24,078 nucleotides of DNA from an uncultured Acidimicrobiaceae bacterium (GCA_947258375.1 CAMYIJ010000056.1:1-24078), one strand, 5' to 3'; numbered from the stretch's first letter, positions 8,913-17,580 are shown. Notes: generated by a model from the sequence alone, not told the origin. Made by a program: numbers and translations.

Positions 8913-9139
8913 GGGCGAGCCGAATGTCGATATGCATGCCGTTGAGGAAGACTATGAGGTGAGTACCTGATCGCGTCGTCGGCTCTCCGTCCTTTCTCGC
9001 CTTCTTGGACCTGGCATCGGATGAAGAACATCGAGATCGAGCGGCGCTAGCCGCCGCGCACCGACCGCAACCCCATCCTTCATCAATTCGATTATTTGAT
9101 GAAGACTATTGCCTGAAGGTGCGATATATTGGCGAATAG

Positions 9140-10273
9140 ATGAATGATCGGTATGTAGTCTTCGACTGGCACGGGAACACCGCCCGCGCCTGGACGCCGC
9201 TACCGCTGGCCGAGCGGAAGCTCGAGTTGCCCGAACCCACGGTGAGAATGACCGAGCGCGCCCTGGCCGAACTGCGCCTGATGGAACAGCGAATCCTCCC
9301 GTCTGCCGGGCCGATCGGTCGGCTCTTGTTGCGATCTGAAGGTGTCGCCTCTTCGGCAATCGAAGGCCTCACCGTTCCACTCGAGGAGCTGCTCACCGTG
9401 GAAGCGCTGGGGAGCGGAGCGGCCGCGGCGACTTGGGTCGCCGGCAACTTGGCCGCGGTGGCTGCCGCAGTCGATGATGCCGCAGCCCTCGATCGGCGCC
9501 TCGATGCCCCCACATTGCATGGCTGGCATCGCCGGCTCATGGCCGGCAGCCCCCTCGATCCGGCACTCCACGGTGCCTGGCGATCGAGCCCGGGGTGGAT
9601 CGGGGGCACCTCGCCGCTCGACGCGGTCTACGTCCCTCCCCCGGCGGACATGATCCCGGGCCTCATGGCGGACCTGATCGAGTACACCAACACAAGCGGG
9701 CCGGACCCGATCACGCAGGCGGCCGTCGCCCACGCCCAGTTCGAGACGATCCATCCCTACGGCGACGGCAACGGACGCATCGGCCGGATTCTCGTCGGCT
9801 GGATCCTGCGCAGACGTGGCGCAGTCGATCGTTACCCACCGCCGGTGAGCCTCACGATGCTGCGCGACGCCGGCGGTTACCTGGCCGGCCTCTACGAGTT
9901 CCGCGAAGGTGATCCGATACGCTGGATCGACTGGTTTGCCTACCGAACCACCGCCGCGGCCGCCACCGCCGGCGAGCTGTACGTGATGCTCCGGGACTTC
10001 GCCGATCGGTGGCACGCCGAACTCGCCGACGTACGGACCGACTCCGTGACCCACCGAATTGTCGATCTCCTGCTCAGCTATCCGGTGATCTCGGCGGACC
10101 ATGTAGCCACCAGCTGCGACGTGTCCCGCCGCACCGCGCTCACCGGCCTGGAAGTGCTCGAGGCCCGAGACATACTGACGGAGTTCGCAGCGCCTCCCGC
10201 AGGTCGAGGGCGGCCCGCCCGCTGGTGGATCGCCACGGACCTCCTGAGCGCACTGCAACGCTGGCTGGCCTGA
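9140..10273 (+). CDS. Fic family protein (class II, with internal inhibitory motif and C-terminal winged-helix-like tail)
   Basis: The Fic active-site loop HPYGDGNGRIGR fits HxFx(D/E)GNGRxxR with F replaced by Y. The N-terminal Fic_N-type motif SSAIEG fits (S/T)xxxE(G/N). An in-frame TAG immediately precedes the ATG at 9140, so the start cannot be further upstream. Confidence 0.9.
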   Translation: MNDRYVVFDWHGNTARAWTPLPLAERKLELPEPTVRMTERALAELRLMEQRILPSAGPIGRLLLRSEGVASSAIEGLTVPLEELLTVEALGSGAAAATWVAGNLAAVAAAVDDAAALDRRLDAPTLHGWHRRLMAGSPLDPALHGAWRSSPGWIGGTSPLDAVYVPPPADMIPGLMADLIEYTNTSGPDPITQAAVAHAQFETIHPYGDGNGRIGRILVGWILRRRGAVDRYPPPVSLTMLRDAGGYLAGLYEFREGDPIRWIDWFAYRTTAAAATAGELYVMLRDFADRWHAELADVRTDSVTHRIVDLLLSYPVISADHVATSCDVSRRTALTGLEVLEARDILTEFAAPPAGRGRPARWWIATDLLSALQRWLA

Positions 10274-10306
10274 ACCATGTCCTGGTCGGCGTTTGGGCGC
10301 ACTCGA

Positions 10307-12046
10307 TCATCGACTCGGCGTCTGTGCCGGTCCGAAGATCGGCGCCCCAATCTGCCAGCCGTCGCCGGCGTTGTAGACCAACGTTCCGTCCTCACCCACA
10401 TAGATCGGGGGGCCGGGCAGTGAGCGGTCCGGCAGGTCGACTTCAAACCACTCATCGCCGCTCAGACTGCCAACCCAGACGGTCGTGGCTCGGGAGCCGG
10501 AAACGATGATGTTCGTGTCGGTGATGGAAACGGCCTCGAAGGTCGCGTGCGCGCCCCCCCGAGCATCAAACGCGGAGATGAAGCTGGGCTCGAATTCACG
10601 GACCGCCTCGAAGTTCGCCGCGTCCGCTTGCGACAGAAACAGCGTCGTCGGGTCCGCGTCGGTGGTCCCCTCCCAGAGCAGCAAGGCCGTTCGTGACCCG
10701 TTCACCGCCAAGGCGTCCTCTCCATATGATCCAAATGGAGTCGTCCCCGTTAGAAGCCCGAAACCGTCGATGAACGCGACCTCTCGCAGCTCATCTTGGT
10801 CGAGGCGCCACACCGAGGTCGTGAACGGTGGTGTCCGCGGCAACTGGCTCCGCCACGTCGAAGCGACGACCGTGAACTCATCAGAGCCTTCAACCTCGAA
10901 GTGCGGCGCCTCGAAGGGGGCTATCTCGGTGATCCAGCGCCACTCAAAGGTGGTCCCGTCGCGCAGGATCCAGAAGCCGGGCAACAGATCCGTCCAACCG
11001 GTCGACTCGACCCAACGGTTGACATCGCTGTAGTCATCGAGGGCGTAATTCGTCGTATCGAGCCCGGCGGGCATCTCGACATGTCCCACATGGAAAAGCT
11101 CCGGCTCACCTGCGGCGTCCGGCCCCAGTGCGAAGTACTCGACGTCGATCCCCTCCGGCGACCGTACGGTCTTGGTCTCGATAACACCGACCTTCTCGCC
11201 GTCGATCCACACCGAGAACTCCCCACGGTATCGCTTCGTGGCCACACCAGCCCCGAACCGATCAGCCACCGCCGCCGGATCCGGCTCCAGGTACACCATG
11301 AGGGAGCCGAAATCCCGCGAGAACGCAGCCAGGTCGTTGCCAAGGCGCGCCATCAAATCAATGTAAGGGATGGCCGGCGGGTCAAGCAGCACGCCGTCGA
11401 GACCATCAGGCTGCTCCCAGGTCCACTCCTGCCACGTCTCACCAAAGTCGAAACTCACCCACCGTTCGACGACGGTTTCGGGATAGACAGAGCCCAGGTG
11501 AGAATCCGACGCCGTCACCCAGATGGCTCCCTCGAGCAGGTCCATCGTGATCTCGAGGCCCTCGCTGGGTTCAGGAAGCCGGCGCCGCTCCGGGCCCTCG
11601 TCACCGACCCAGACATCGACGACGCCGGGGATTCTGTCTGGAAAGTCGTACGGAGAGATATCGACTGTCGTGTTGCCCCAAACGCCCACCAGGAAGCCGG
11701 AGGCCTCGGGGCCGGCCGAGAATTCGAAACCCTGGATCGTCCGGGCCGGTGTCTCAATGAGCGTCGTAGTCGTAACTGTCGTTGGTGTCGCCGGATCGGG
11801 ATCGGTCGAGCCAACGAGGCGAAGCAGCAGGAGCGGGAGTCCGACCAGAAGGACGACTGCAGCAATGGCGACGGCGACGACGAGTCGGCGCGGCCGGCCG
11901 GGGCTGGACAGCCGCTGCGGCTCGACATACGGAATCGGTCGGACGGCTTCGACCTGCTCGAGGATGTCGGCCATCGTGATCGGTGGCTGCCCGGCATCGT
12001 GCTGATCGCCGTAGGCGGCGAGTTGCGTGCGGAGGCTTGTGGTCAT
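10307..12046 (-). CDS. single-pass membrane protein coupled to the ECF sigma factor (candidate anti-sigma / sensor partner)
   Basis: Its ATG overlaps the sigma gene's stop (ATGA at 12043-12046). It has a ~55-aa cytoplasmic N-terminus, one TM helix (LVVAVAIAAVVLLVGLPLLLLRLV), a Thr/Pro linker and a ~480-aa ectodomain. The ectodomain contains one Asp-box-like motif, SFDFGETW. No zinc-binding HxxxCxxC anti-sigma motif was seen. Confidence 0.6.
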   Translation of the reverse strand: MTTSLRTQLAAYGDQHDAGQPPITMADILEQVEAVRPIPYVEPQRLSSPGRPRRLVVAVAIAAVVLLVGLPLLLLRLVGSTDPDPATPTTVTTTTLIETPARTIQGFEFSAGPEASGFLVGVWGNTTVDISPYDFPDRIPGVVDVWVGDEGPERRRLPEPSEGLEITMDLLEGAIWVTASDSHLGSVYPETVVERWVSFDFGETWQEWTWEQPDGLDGVLLDPPAIPYIDLMARLGNDLAAFSRDFGSLMVYLEPDPAAVADRFGAGVATKRYRGEFSVWIDGEKVGVIETKTVRSPEGIDVEYFALGPDAAGEPELFHVGHVEMPAGLDTTNYALDDYSDVNRWVESTGWTDLLPGFWILRDGTTFEWRWITEIAPFEAPHFEVEGSDEFTVVASTWRSQLPRTPPFTTSVWRLDQDELREVAFIDGFGLLTGTTPFGSYGEDALAVNGSRTALLLWEGTTDADPTTLFLSQADAANFEAVREFEPSFISAFDARGGAHATFEAVSITDTNIIVSGSRATTVWVGSLSGDEWFEVDLPDRSLPGPPIYVGEDGTLVYNAGDGWQIGAPIFGPAQTPSR

Positions 12047-12507
12047 AGTGAGACTCCCAGCTTGCGCCGCAGCTTGGCCATGCCACGCTCGGCGTACGTC
12101 TGCACGGTCGACTTCGAGATCCCGAGCAACTCAGCGACTTCGGGCATCGTCCAATCGAATGAGTAGAGCAACATCACACAGATGCGCTGTTGCTCGGACA
12201 GGCTTTGCAGGGCATCCGGCAGCGCCGGCTCGACCCAAGGTTCATGATCCGGGTCGACCGCCATGAGCTTCGGGACTACCCGCTCGAGCCCCCGCCGCCC
12301 GCGGTTCCGCCCCAACACATAGAGGTATCCCGCCGGATTCTCCATGACTGACACCTTCTGCCAGTTCTCCCAGGCGTAGGCCAGCGCTTCAGCGGCCACC
12401 TCCCTCCCCACATCGCTCCCGAACGCAGCGGACAGCGCCTGGCGTAGGCGCTGCTCATGTGCCTCCACAAACTCGACAAAGGCCTCTGTGGCGGTTGTGC
12501 TGCCCAC
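12043..12507 (-). CDS. ECF-type RNA polymerase sigma-70 family factor
   Basis: 154 aa. Region 2-like block ALAYAWENWQKV...NPAGYLYVLGRN, and region 4 HTH LSEQQRICVMLLYSFDWTMPEVAELLGISKSTVQTYAERGMAKLRRKL. GTG start with GAGGGAG upstream. Confidence 0.85.
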   Translation of the reverse strand: MGSTTATEAFVEFVEAHEQRLRQALSAAFGSDVGREVAAEALAYAWENWQKVSVMENPAGYLYVLGRNRGRRGLERVVPKLMAVDPDHEPWVEPALPDALQSLSEQQRICVMLLYSFDWTMPEVAELLGISKSTVQTYAERGMAKLRRKLGVSL

Positions 12508-12601
12508 GACTCCCTCGCGTACCTGTCACCTATGAAAGCGCACAGGCGGCTGCGCGTACGACACCATTCTCCCCTCCCCAACCGACTGCTTCGCATCACC
12601 G

Positions 12602-14269
12602 TCACGGCTCAACGATCACCGTGGCCTCTTCCATGACGATGTCGGCGACGTCCCAGCCTTTCTGATCCATCAGCCCGATGAAGGCTCGGCGAAAGAGCAG
12701 AGTGGCTTCCACAGTGACCGGTCCGCCTGCAGGGGAGTCGAACCGGTAGGAGGTTGTGTCGGATTGCATGGCAGGGATCCGGTTGTCGGAAACGACCCGG
12801 GTGGGATTCCAATAGGCCCCGGTCGGGGCGACCTCGGTCCACAGCTCTTCGAGCACCTTGGCGTAGGCGGTCCCTGGTAGGCCGGCGAAATACCCGGCTG
12901 CCGGATCGCCCACGCCTCCCCAGTCGGGCACCGTCGGGCCGTCCGCCTGGCCAAGGGACTCACCATCGGGTCCGGTGGCTTCGACTAGCAGAATCATCTG
13001 CCGCAGCGGCGAGTCGGTCGGTACGTGGTGGCCGGTCTGATCGTTCGTGATTGTCACTTGTGCGAAGGCCCCGTCGGAGTCCGCCGACGCCTCAACCGTC
13101 ATTGTCACCGCGTTCTGGAGGAGTTCGATATCGGCGGCGCCCGGCATGCGATGGCCGGGGATGGTGGCCGGATCGCGCACCAGCCCGCCCGCTTCGGCCA
13201 GGGCAAAGCTGGCAGCGCCGGTGGGCGGCATGTGGCAGTCCTGACAGGTCTGTCCGGTGGCAGGGTCGGAGTAGGGGCTGGCGAGCCATTCGCCGAAGGA
13301 GTCGTAGACGACCACGTCCCAGAACACCCCGCGATGGCAGGGAGCACAGAAGGCGCTTTCGAGTTGGAGGGGCGAGAAGGTGTCTTCCCCGGGAGCGACG
13401 TCGTCGTAGGGTCCGGCGAAGTACTGATGCCCTTCGGGTGGCCGGCGGAACTCGTATGACAACACGCCGGGACGTCCCGGATCGGGTAGACCCGTGGCCG
13501 GGTCGAGAATCACGTCCCACACCTTGTGGCACAGGTCACAGGTGACGCCTTCGGCTGCCACCGCCTCGGCGACGGTCGGATCAACACCATAAGGATCGTC
13601 AACCGCCAGGGTTGGCACGTGGCACGCACCACAGTTGCCGGCCGATTCCGGGAAGTCGAGCTGGTAGCCGGGCCCGTAGTAGGCCAAATCCGGATCCGGT
13701 CGCAGCGGCACCCGCCCGTAGTCACGATTGGTGGAGTAGCGGGTGGGCGGGCTTTGATTTCCGGACAGGTCTGTGCCGCGGTACATGGACAGGAAGCGAG
13801 GGTTGACGGCCGATTTCGCATGGGCGTCCTCGAGCCACTGGTCGACCGGAAGCATGAATCCCAGCTCAGTGCCGCGACGGCTATGGCATTCGACACACGG
13901 TTGACCTTCTCCGCTGCCCGATCCTTCGAGGGCAGACAGCCACTCGTAATCGGCGTGATCTAATTCGGGGATGGCTTCCAAAGCCAAGGTGACTTCAACA
14001 CCCGGCTCGTGTTCGGAGCCGCCGGCGATGAAGAACCCCTCGGCCCAGGCCGACAGCCGCACCGGTCCATCGACGTCGGCCATCGTGAACCGGCCATCTG
14101 GTCCGGTAACGGTCGACCGATCAGTCGCTTGGATCCGCACCGTGGCGCCGCTCACCGGCTCGCCGTCGTGCATCACGAGACCGGTCACCGTGTCGGCAGA
14201 CGTGCAGGCCGGGACCACGAGGGCCACCGTCACCAGGACCACCGCCACCAGGGCCCGGCCCGGGTGCAT
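12602..14269 (-). CDS. five-haem c-type cytochrome, probable lipoprotein, with N-terminal carboxypeptidase-regulatory-like beta-sandwich
   Basis: Five CxxCH motifs: CVECH, CGACH, CDLCH, CAPCH, CQDCH. Signal sequence MHPGRALVAVVLVTVALVVPAC with a lipobox-like VPAC. CarboxypepD_reg-like segment VSGATVRIQATDRSTVTGPDGRFTMADV. The ATG at 14269 overlaps the upstream gene's TGA by one base (TGATG). The longest ORF starts 9 codons earlier, at 14296. Confidence 0.8.
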   Translation of the reverse strand: MHPGRALVAVVLVTVALVVPACTSADTVTGLVMHDGEPVSGATVRIQATDRSTVTGPDGRFTMADVDGPVRLSAWAEGFFIAGGSEHEPGVEVTLALEAIPELDHADYEWLSALEGSGSGEGQPCVECHSRRGTELGFMLPVDQWLEDAHAKSAVNPRFLSMYRGTDLSGNQSPPTRYSTNRDYGRVPLRPDPDLAYYGPGYQLDFPESAGNCGACHVPTLAVDDPYGVDPTVAEAVAAEGVTCDLCHKVWDVILDPATGLPDPGRPGVLSYEFRRPPEGHQYFAGPYDDVAPGEDTFSPLQLESAFCAPCHRGVFWDVVVYDSFGEWLASPYSDPATGQTCQDCHMPPTGAASFALAEAGGLVRDPATIPGHRMPGAADIELLQNAVTMTVEASADSDGAFAQVTITNDQTGHHVPTDSPLRQMILLVEATGPDGESLGQADGPTVPDWGGVGDPAAGYFAGLPGTAYAKVLEELWTEVAPTGAYWNPTRVVSDNRIPAMQSDTTSYRFDSPAGGPVTVEATLLFRRAFIGLMDQKGWDVADIVMEEATVIVEP

Positions 14270-17151
14270 CAGCCCCTCCGGCGCACCAGCGCCCACCCAA
14301 CGAGCGCCAGCGCCAGCACTCCAACGCCGATCAACACCCAGGGCAACCTATTGGTGCCGGCTTCGGGTTCGGCGGCGGCGGCCGGTTGGGTCGAATCGGG
14401 AGCCGGCGCGACGGTCGCATCGTCGGAACTCGAGGCCGCGTCGGGATTCGAGGCCGCGGCGGAAGGTGGTTCCGTTGAGCTGGTGACGGCGGCCGGGGCG
14501 GGCGGAGTGCCATCCAGGTCGAGGCGAAACACTCCCCCGCCTTCCGTGCCTGCATAGAGGTGCCGGCCGTCGTTGGAGATGGCCAGGGCACTGGTGGCGC
14601 GGGTGGTGAGACCGGCGTTGGCCTGCTTCCAGCTGACCCCGCCGTCGCCCGACCGGTAGATGCCGCTCAGCTCGTCGCCGGCATATACGATTGACGGGTC
14701 GGTGGGGTCGAAGACGAGTTCCGAGATGATCGCCTCTGGCGGCATGCCGGCCGCCGACCGCGTCCAGCCGGCTCCGCCATCGGCGGAGCGATAGACCCCA
14801 CCGCCGAAGAATCCGGCCACCACAACGCTCGAGTCGGAGGGATCGACGGCCACCGAGTACGCCATGTCGGGGAGCCCCGGAACGGCGGTCCAGGAGGAGC
14901 CACCATCGGTGGTGGCGAGCAGCCCATCTGTCGGGGAGGCGGCATAGACGGTGTTGGGATCGGTGGGGTGGATGGCCAGTCCGGCGATGTGGGCGGCGGC
15001 GGTGGTCGAGTCGTTGGCGGCAGCCCATGTGGAACCCCCATCACTGGAAACCCAGATGCCGGTGGCGCCGATGTCGGGGGAGAAGCCTCCCGCCGAGTAG
15101 TAGCCGGCCGAGCCGGCGTAGACGATATCGGGATCGGAGGGAGCGAAGGAGATCACTCGCCAGCCCTGGCCTTCGGGAAGCCACTGGTCGCTTTTCCGCC
15201 AGGATTGTCCCCCATCGCGGCTTGCGACGACGACCGGATGCCAGTTCGAGGCGGTCAACACGTGCCGGGGTTCGAGCGGGTCGACGGCCATGGCATTCCA
15301 TTCGAGGCCTTCGGCCTCGGATCGGACCAGCCCCTCCCAATGCTGCCCACCGTCGTGACTGACGAAGATGCCGCTGCGGGCCGCCGCGAAGACCCGGCCG
15401 GGCTCGGTGGGGTCGACGGCCAGAGCCCGCACCTGGGCACCGGTGTATCCGTCGCTGGCAACGGCCCAGGTTCGACCCCCATCGGCCGTGACGAAGTTGC
15501 CCCCACCGTAATTGTTGGCGAATACCCGGTTGGGGTCACGCGGGTCGATCTGGAAGTCGATAGGGAATCCGCCCACCACCCCGGGTGGGCCCCAGTTGGG
15601 AGGGCTGGTGACGTGGTCCCAGGTCTGGCCGCCATCAGCGCTGCGATAGATTGCTCCGGCGCTACCGGCATACGCAATCTGGGGGTCGGAGGTGGCGAAC
15701 TCGACGGATGTGATGTTGTCGTCCAGCAGCGTATGGGTCCACGAGTCGCCCCCGTTGGTGGTGAGGTAGACGCCGGCCTCGAGGAAGTACTGATTGTTGC
15801 CCGTCCCTGCCAGCAGGATGTCCGGGTTCGTCGGATGCATATGGAGGGTGCCGACGTAGAGGTTGTCGAGCCCCACCACCGCGTTGGTCCAGGTGGCACC
15901 GCCGTCGATGGACTTTACGACCCCTTCCCCTCCGGGAACCCCGGCTTCAGGATCTGAGTTGGCGGCTTCGCGATCGAAGATGCCGGTCGATATATAGATC
16001 GTCTGCGGGTCGTTGGGGTCGATCCACACATATCGAGCCAGGTTGTCGCCGCGCCAGATCGGCTCCCACCGGTCGCCAGCGTTGATGGTGCGATAGACAA
16101 CGCCGCCCGTCATATCGAACTCGCGTCCCACCCGTTCCTCTCCGGCCCAAGTCCACGAGGACAGTTCGGCAGCGGCATAAACGATGTCGGAGTCGCGGGG
16201 ATCGACGGTGAACCCGCGGAAGGTGATGCCTTCGGTTTCGATGATCCCGTCGTCCTTCTCGACCCAGGATTGACCGCCGTCCGCAGAACGGAAGATGCCG
16301 CGTGTGAACTGCGTGCCGACCCAGATGACGTCGGGATCGTGAGGGTCGATAGTGAGACAGAAGACGGGGATGGCGTCTCCGGTTGAGCCCACCCGGGTGA
16401 CGATGCCTTCGTTCGAGGGGTACCAGGTATCGCCTCCATCGGTGGAGATGAACACCCCGGCGAACGCGTCGGTGACGTACATCTGGTCGGGATTGTCGGG
16501 ATGCATGCGCACGTCGTAGCCGAGTCCGCCCAGTGGGCCGCCCGTGCGGATCCAGGCGAGCCCCGAATCAGTGGCGGGGTCGGTCGGCCGGGTTGTCGGG
16601 GGTGAAACCGGCTGATTGGCGATGGTGAGATCGTCAACCTCGACGGAGCCGTCGCCTTCGGCTCGGAAACCGATTCCGCCGGCAGGATGGGGGTCGGGAT
16701 CGGTTGCTTGCAGCGTCGTTCCGGCGACGGTGACAGTGTGCTCGGCCCCCGTGACCGAGACCGCCACTTCCACCCACTGACCGGGTTCGATCGGCGCGGA
16801 GTCACCGGCCAGCATGGTCGGCTGAGCGGCTTCACGGACCAGCTCAACACGGCCGGGAATGATCCAGACCGCGTAGTCGCCTTGCGATCCGGTGTGATAC
16901 AGCACGGCCACGACTGTGGAGGCATCGATGCGGACCCGCACGGTGAAGTCGGTTTCGGTGAGGGTTCCGTGCCGCAAGGCGGGACTGCCCGGCACGACGC
17001 TCAGGACCCCGTCGACGACCTCGGTACCAGAGCCGAATTCCCAACCCGGAGGCGGATCATCGAAGGTCTCGGTGTCTTGCAGGCCGGTGGCAGCGTCTCC
17101 ACCAACCAGCCCGACCACGATGACGAAGACGAAGACGAGCCATGCTCGCAT
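14269..17151 (-). CDS. secreted, C-terminally membrane-anchored protein: concanavalin/DUF1080-like domain plus BNR/Asp-box beta-propeller repeats
   Basis: Twelve clear SxDxGxxW Asp-boxes (STDGGDTW, SADGGQSW, SIDGGATW, TNGGDSW, SADGGQTW, TADGGRTW, SHDGGQHW, SRDGGQSW, SSDGGSTW, TTDGGSSW, SADGGAGW, SGDGGVSW) plus one degenerate copy. This is consistent with two propellers. The N-terminal ~200 aa are lectin-like. The C-terminus has a Pro/Ala/Ser linker, then TM helix WVLIGVGVLALALVGWALV, then RRRG. The ATG at 17151 gives signal peptide MRAWLVFVFVIVVGLVGG and has GGGAGGG 4 nt upstream. The longest ORF extends to 17325. Confidence 0.85.
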   Translation of the reverse strand: MRAWLVFVFVIVVGLVGGDAATGLQDTETFDDPPPGWEFGSGTEVVDGVLSVVPGSPALRHGTLTETDFTVRVRIDASTVVAVLYHTGSQGDYAVWIIPGRVELVREAAQPTMLAGDSAPIEPGQWVEVAVSVTGAEHTVTVAGTTLQATDPDPHPAGGIGFRAEGDGSVEVDDLTIANQPVSPPTTRPTDPATDSGLAWIRTGGPLGGLGYDVRMHPDNPDQMYVTDAFAGVFISTDGGDTWYPSNEGIVTRVGSTGDAIPVFCLTIDPHDPDVIWVGTQFTRGIFRSADGGQSWVEKDDGIIETEGITFRGFTVDPRDSDIVYAAAELSSWTWAGEERVGREFDMTGGVVYRTINAGDRWEPIWRGDNLARYVWIDPNDPQTIYISTGIFDREAANSDPEAGVPGGEGVVKSIDGGATWTNAVVGLDNLYVGTLHMHPTNPDILLAGTGNNQYFLEAGVYLTTNGGDSWTHTLLDDNITSVEFATSDPQIAYAGSAGAIYRSADGGQTWDHVTSPPNWGPPGVVGGFPIDFQIDPRDPNRVFANNYGGGNFVTADGGRTWAVASDGYTGAQVRALAVDPTEPGRVFAAARSGIFVSHDGGQHWEGLVRSEAEGLEWNAMAVDPLEPRHVLTASNWHPVVVASRDGGQSWRKSDQWLPEGQGWRVISFAPSDPDIVYAGSAGYYSAGGFSPDIGATGIWVSSDGGSTWAAANDSTTAAAHIAGLAIHPTDPNTVYAASPTDGLLATTDGGSSWTAVPGLPDMAYSVAVDPSDSSVVVAGFFGGGVYRSADGGAGWTRSAAGMPPEAIISELVFDPTDPSIVYAGDELSGIYRSGDGGVSWKQANAGLTTRATSALAISNDGRHLYAGTEGGGVFRLDLDGTPPAPAAVTSSTEPPSAAASNPDAASSSDDATVAPAPDSTQPAAAAEPEAGTNRLPWVLIGVGVLALALVGWALVRRRG

Positions 17152-17262
17152 CAAACCCTCCCGAGCCCTCCGGCCAGTGTCACCCCGAGGTCCGCAGCCA
17201 GCTAGAGGAAAAGGCCCTTTGCGGCGAAGCGGTCTCCGCATACGGCTATCCCGGTCGCCACA

Positions 17263-17292
17263 CTGACATGGGGGCCCGAACGGCCATATCAT
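17263..17292 (+). promoter_or_regulatory. candidate sigma-A-type promoter CTGACA-N18-TATCAT
   Basis: ctgaca (17263-17268), 18-nt spacer, tatcat (17287-17292). It lies about 45 nt upstream of an SD-led small ORF in an otherwise unassigned 450-bp intergenic region. Confidence 0.3.
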
Positions 17293-17340
17293 GCGGTCGA
17301 GACGGCACATGACCAGGCGTTTCACATCTGGGAGGATCGA

Positions 17341-17436
17341 ATGAAGTACTCGAGAGGGACCAATGACCCCTCATGGGTGGCATCCGTTCTCGACGGTGAC
17401 CCGGTCCTCGTCAGCTTCACGAGCCTCTCCGAGTAG
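17341..17436 (+). CDS. candidate small ORF (31 aa) MKYSRGTNDPSWVASVLDGDPVLVSFTSLSE
   Basis: The ATG is preceded by GGGAGGA (17330-17336) with a 4-nt spacer. Third codon positions are mostly G/C, as in the surrounding genes. No recognisable family. It could also be the 5' remnant of a decayed gene. Confidence 0.3.
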   Translation: MKYSRGTNDPSWVASVLDGDPVLVSFTSLSE

Positions 17437-17506
17437 CCGCCGGGAGTCTGACATCGTGGCGGGTGCCTGTCTGCGAGTCCGAAAGCCGAAATCTCACACG
17501 CGGCCC

Positions 17507-17557
17507 GCCAGGACTCCACGATTCTGTCAGCGACGCCAGATACGTTGGAGTCCTGGC
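17507..17557. repeat. 12-bp perfect inverted repeat GCCAGGACTCCA / TGGAGTCCTGGC with a 27-nt loop
   Basis: Arms at 17507-17518 and 17546-17557, read directly. It lies between the small ORF's stop (17436) and the vapB start (17598/17616). Confidence 0.6.
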
Positions 17558-17580
17558 TCGAGAACTTGTCCCCCTTCTAA

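Noticed and set aside
9021-9050. 9-codon ORF MKNIEIERR upstream of fic as a possible leader peptide or mini-antitoxin
   Set aside because: It has no SD and is too short to carry the (S/T)xxxE(G/N) antitoxin helix. The Fic protein already contains its own inhibitory motif.
12508-12601. Terminator or ECF-type autoregulated promoter between the cytochrome and sigma genes
   Set aside because: Only a weak 5-bp hairpin (GCGCA...TGCGC followed by TTT on the minus strand) is present, with no convincing GGAAC-N16/17-CGTT-like motif. I cannot decide whether the four genes are one or two transcripts.
17152-17325. 5' extension of the propeller-protein ORF (58 codons, MKRLVMCRLD...)
   Set aside because: The ATG at 17151 gives a clean signal peptide and has a strong GGGAGGG SD. 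The extension is Arg/Cys/Pro-rich and non-protein-like.
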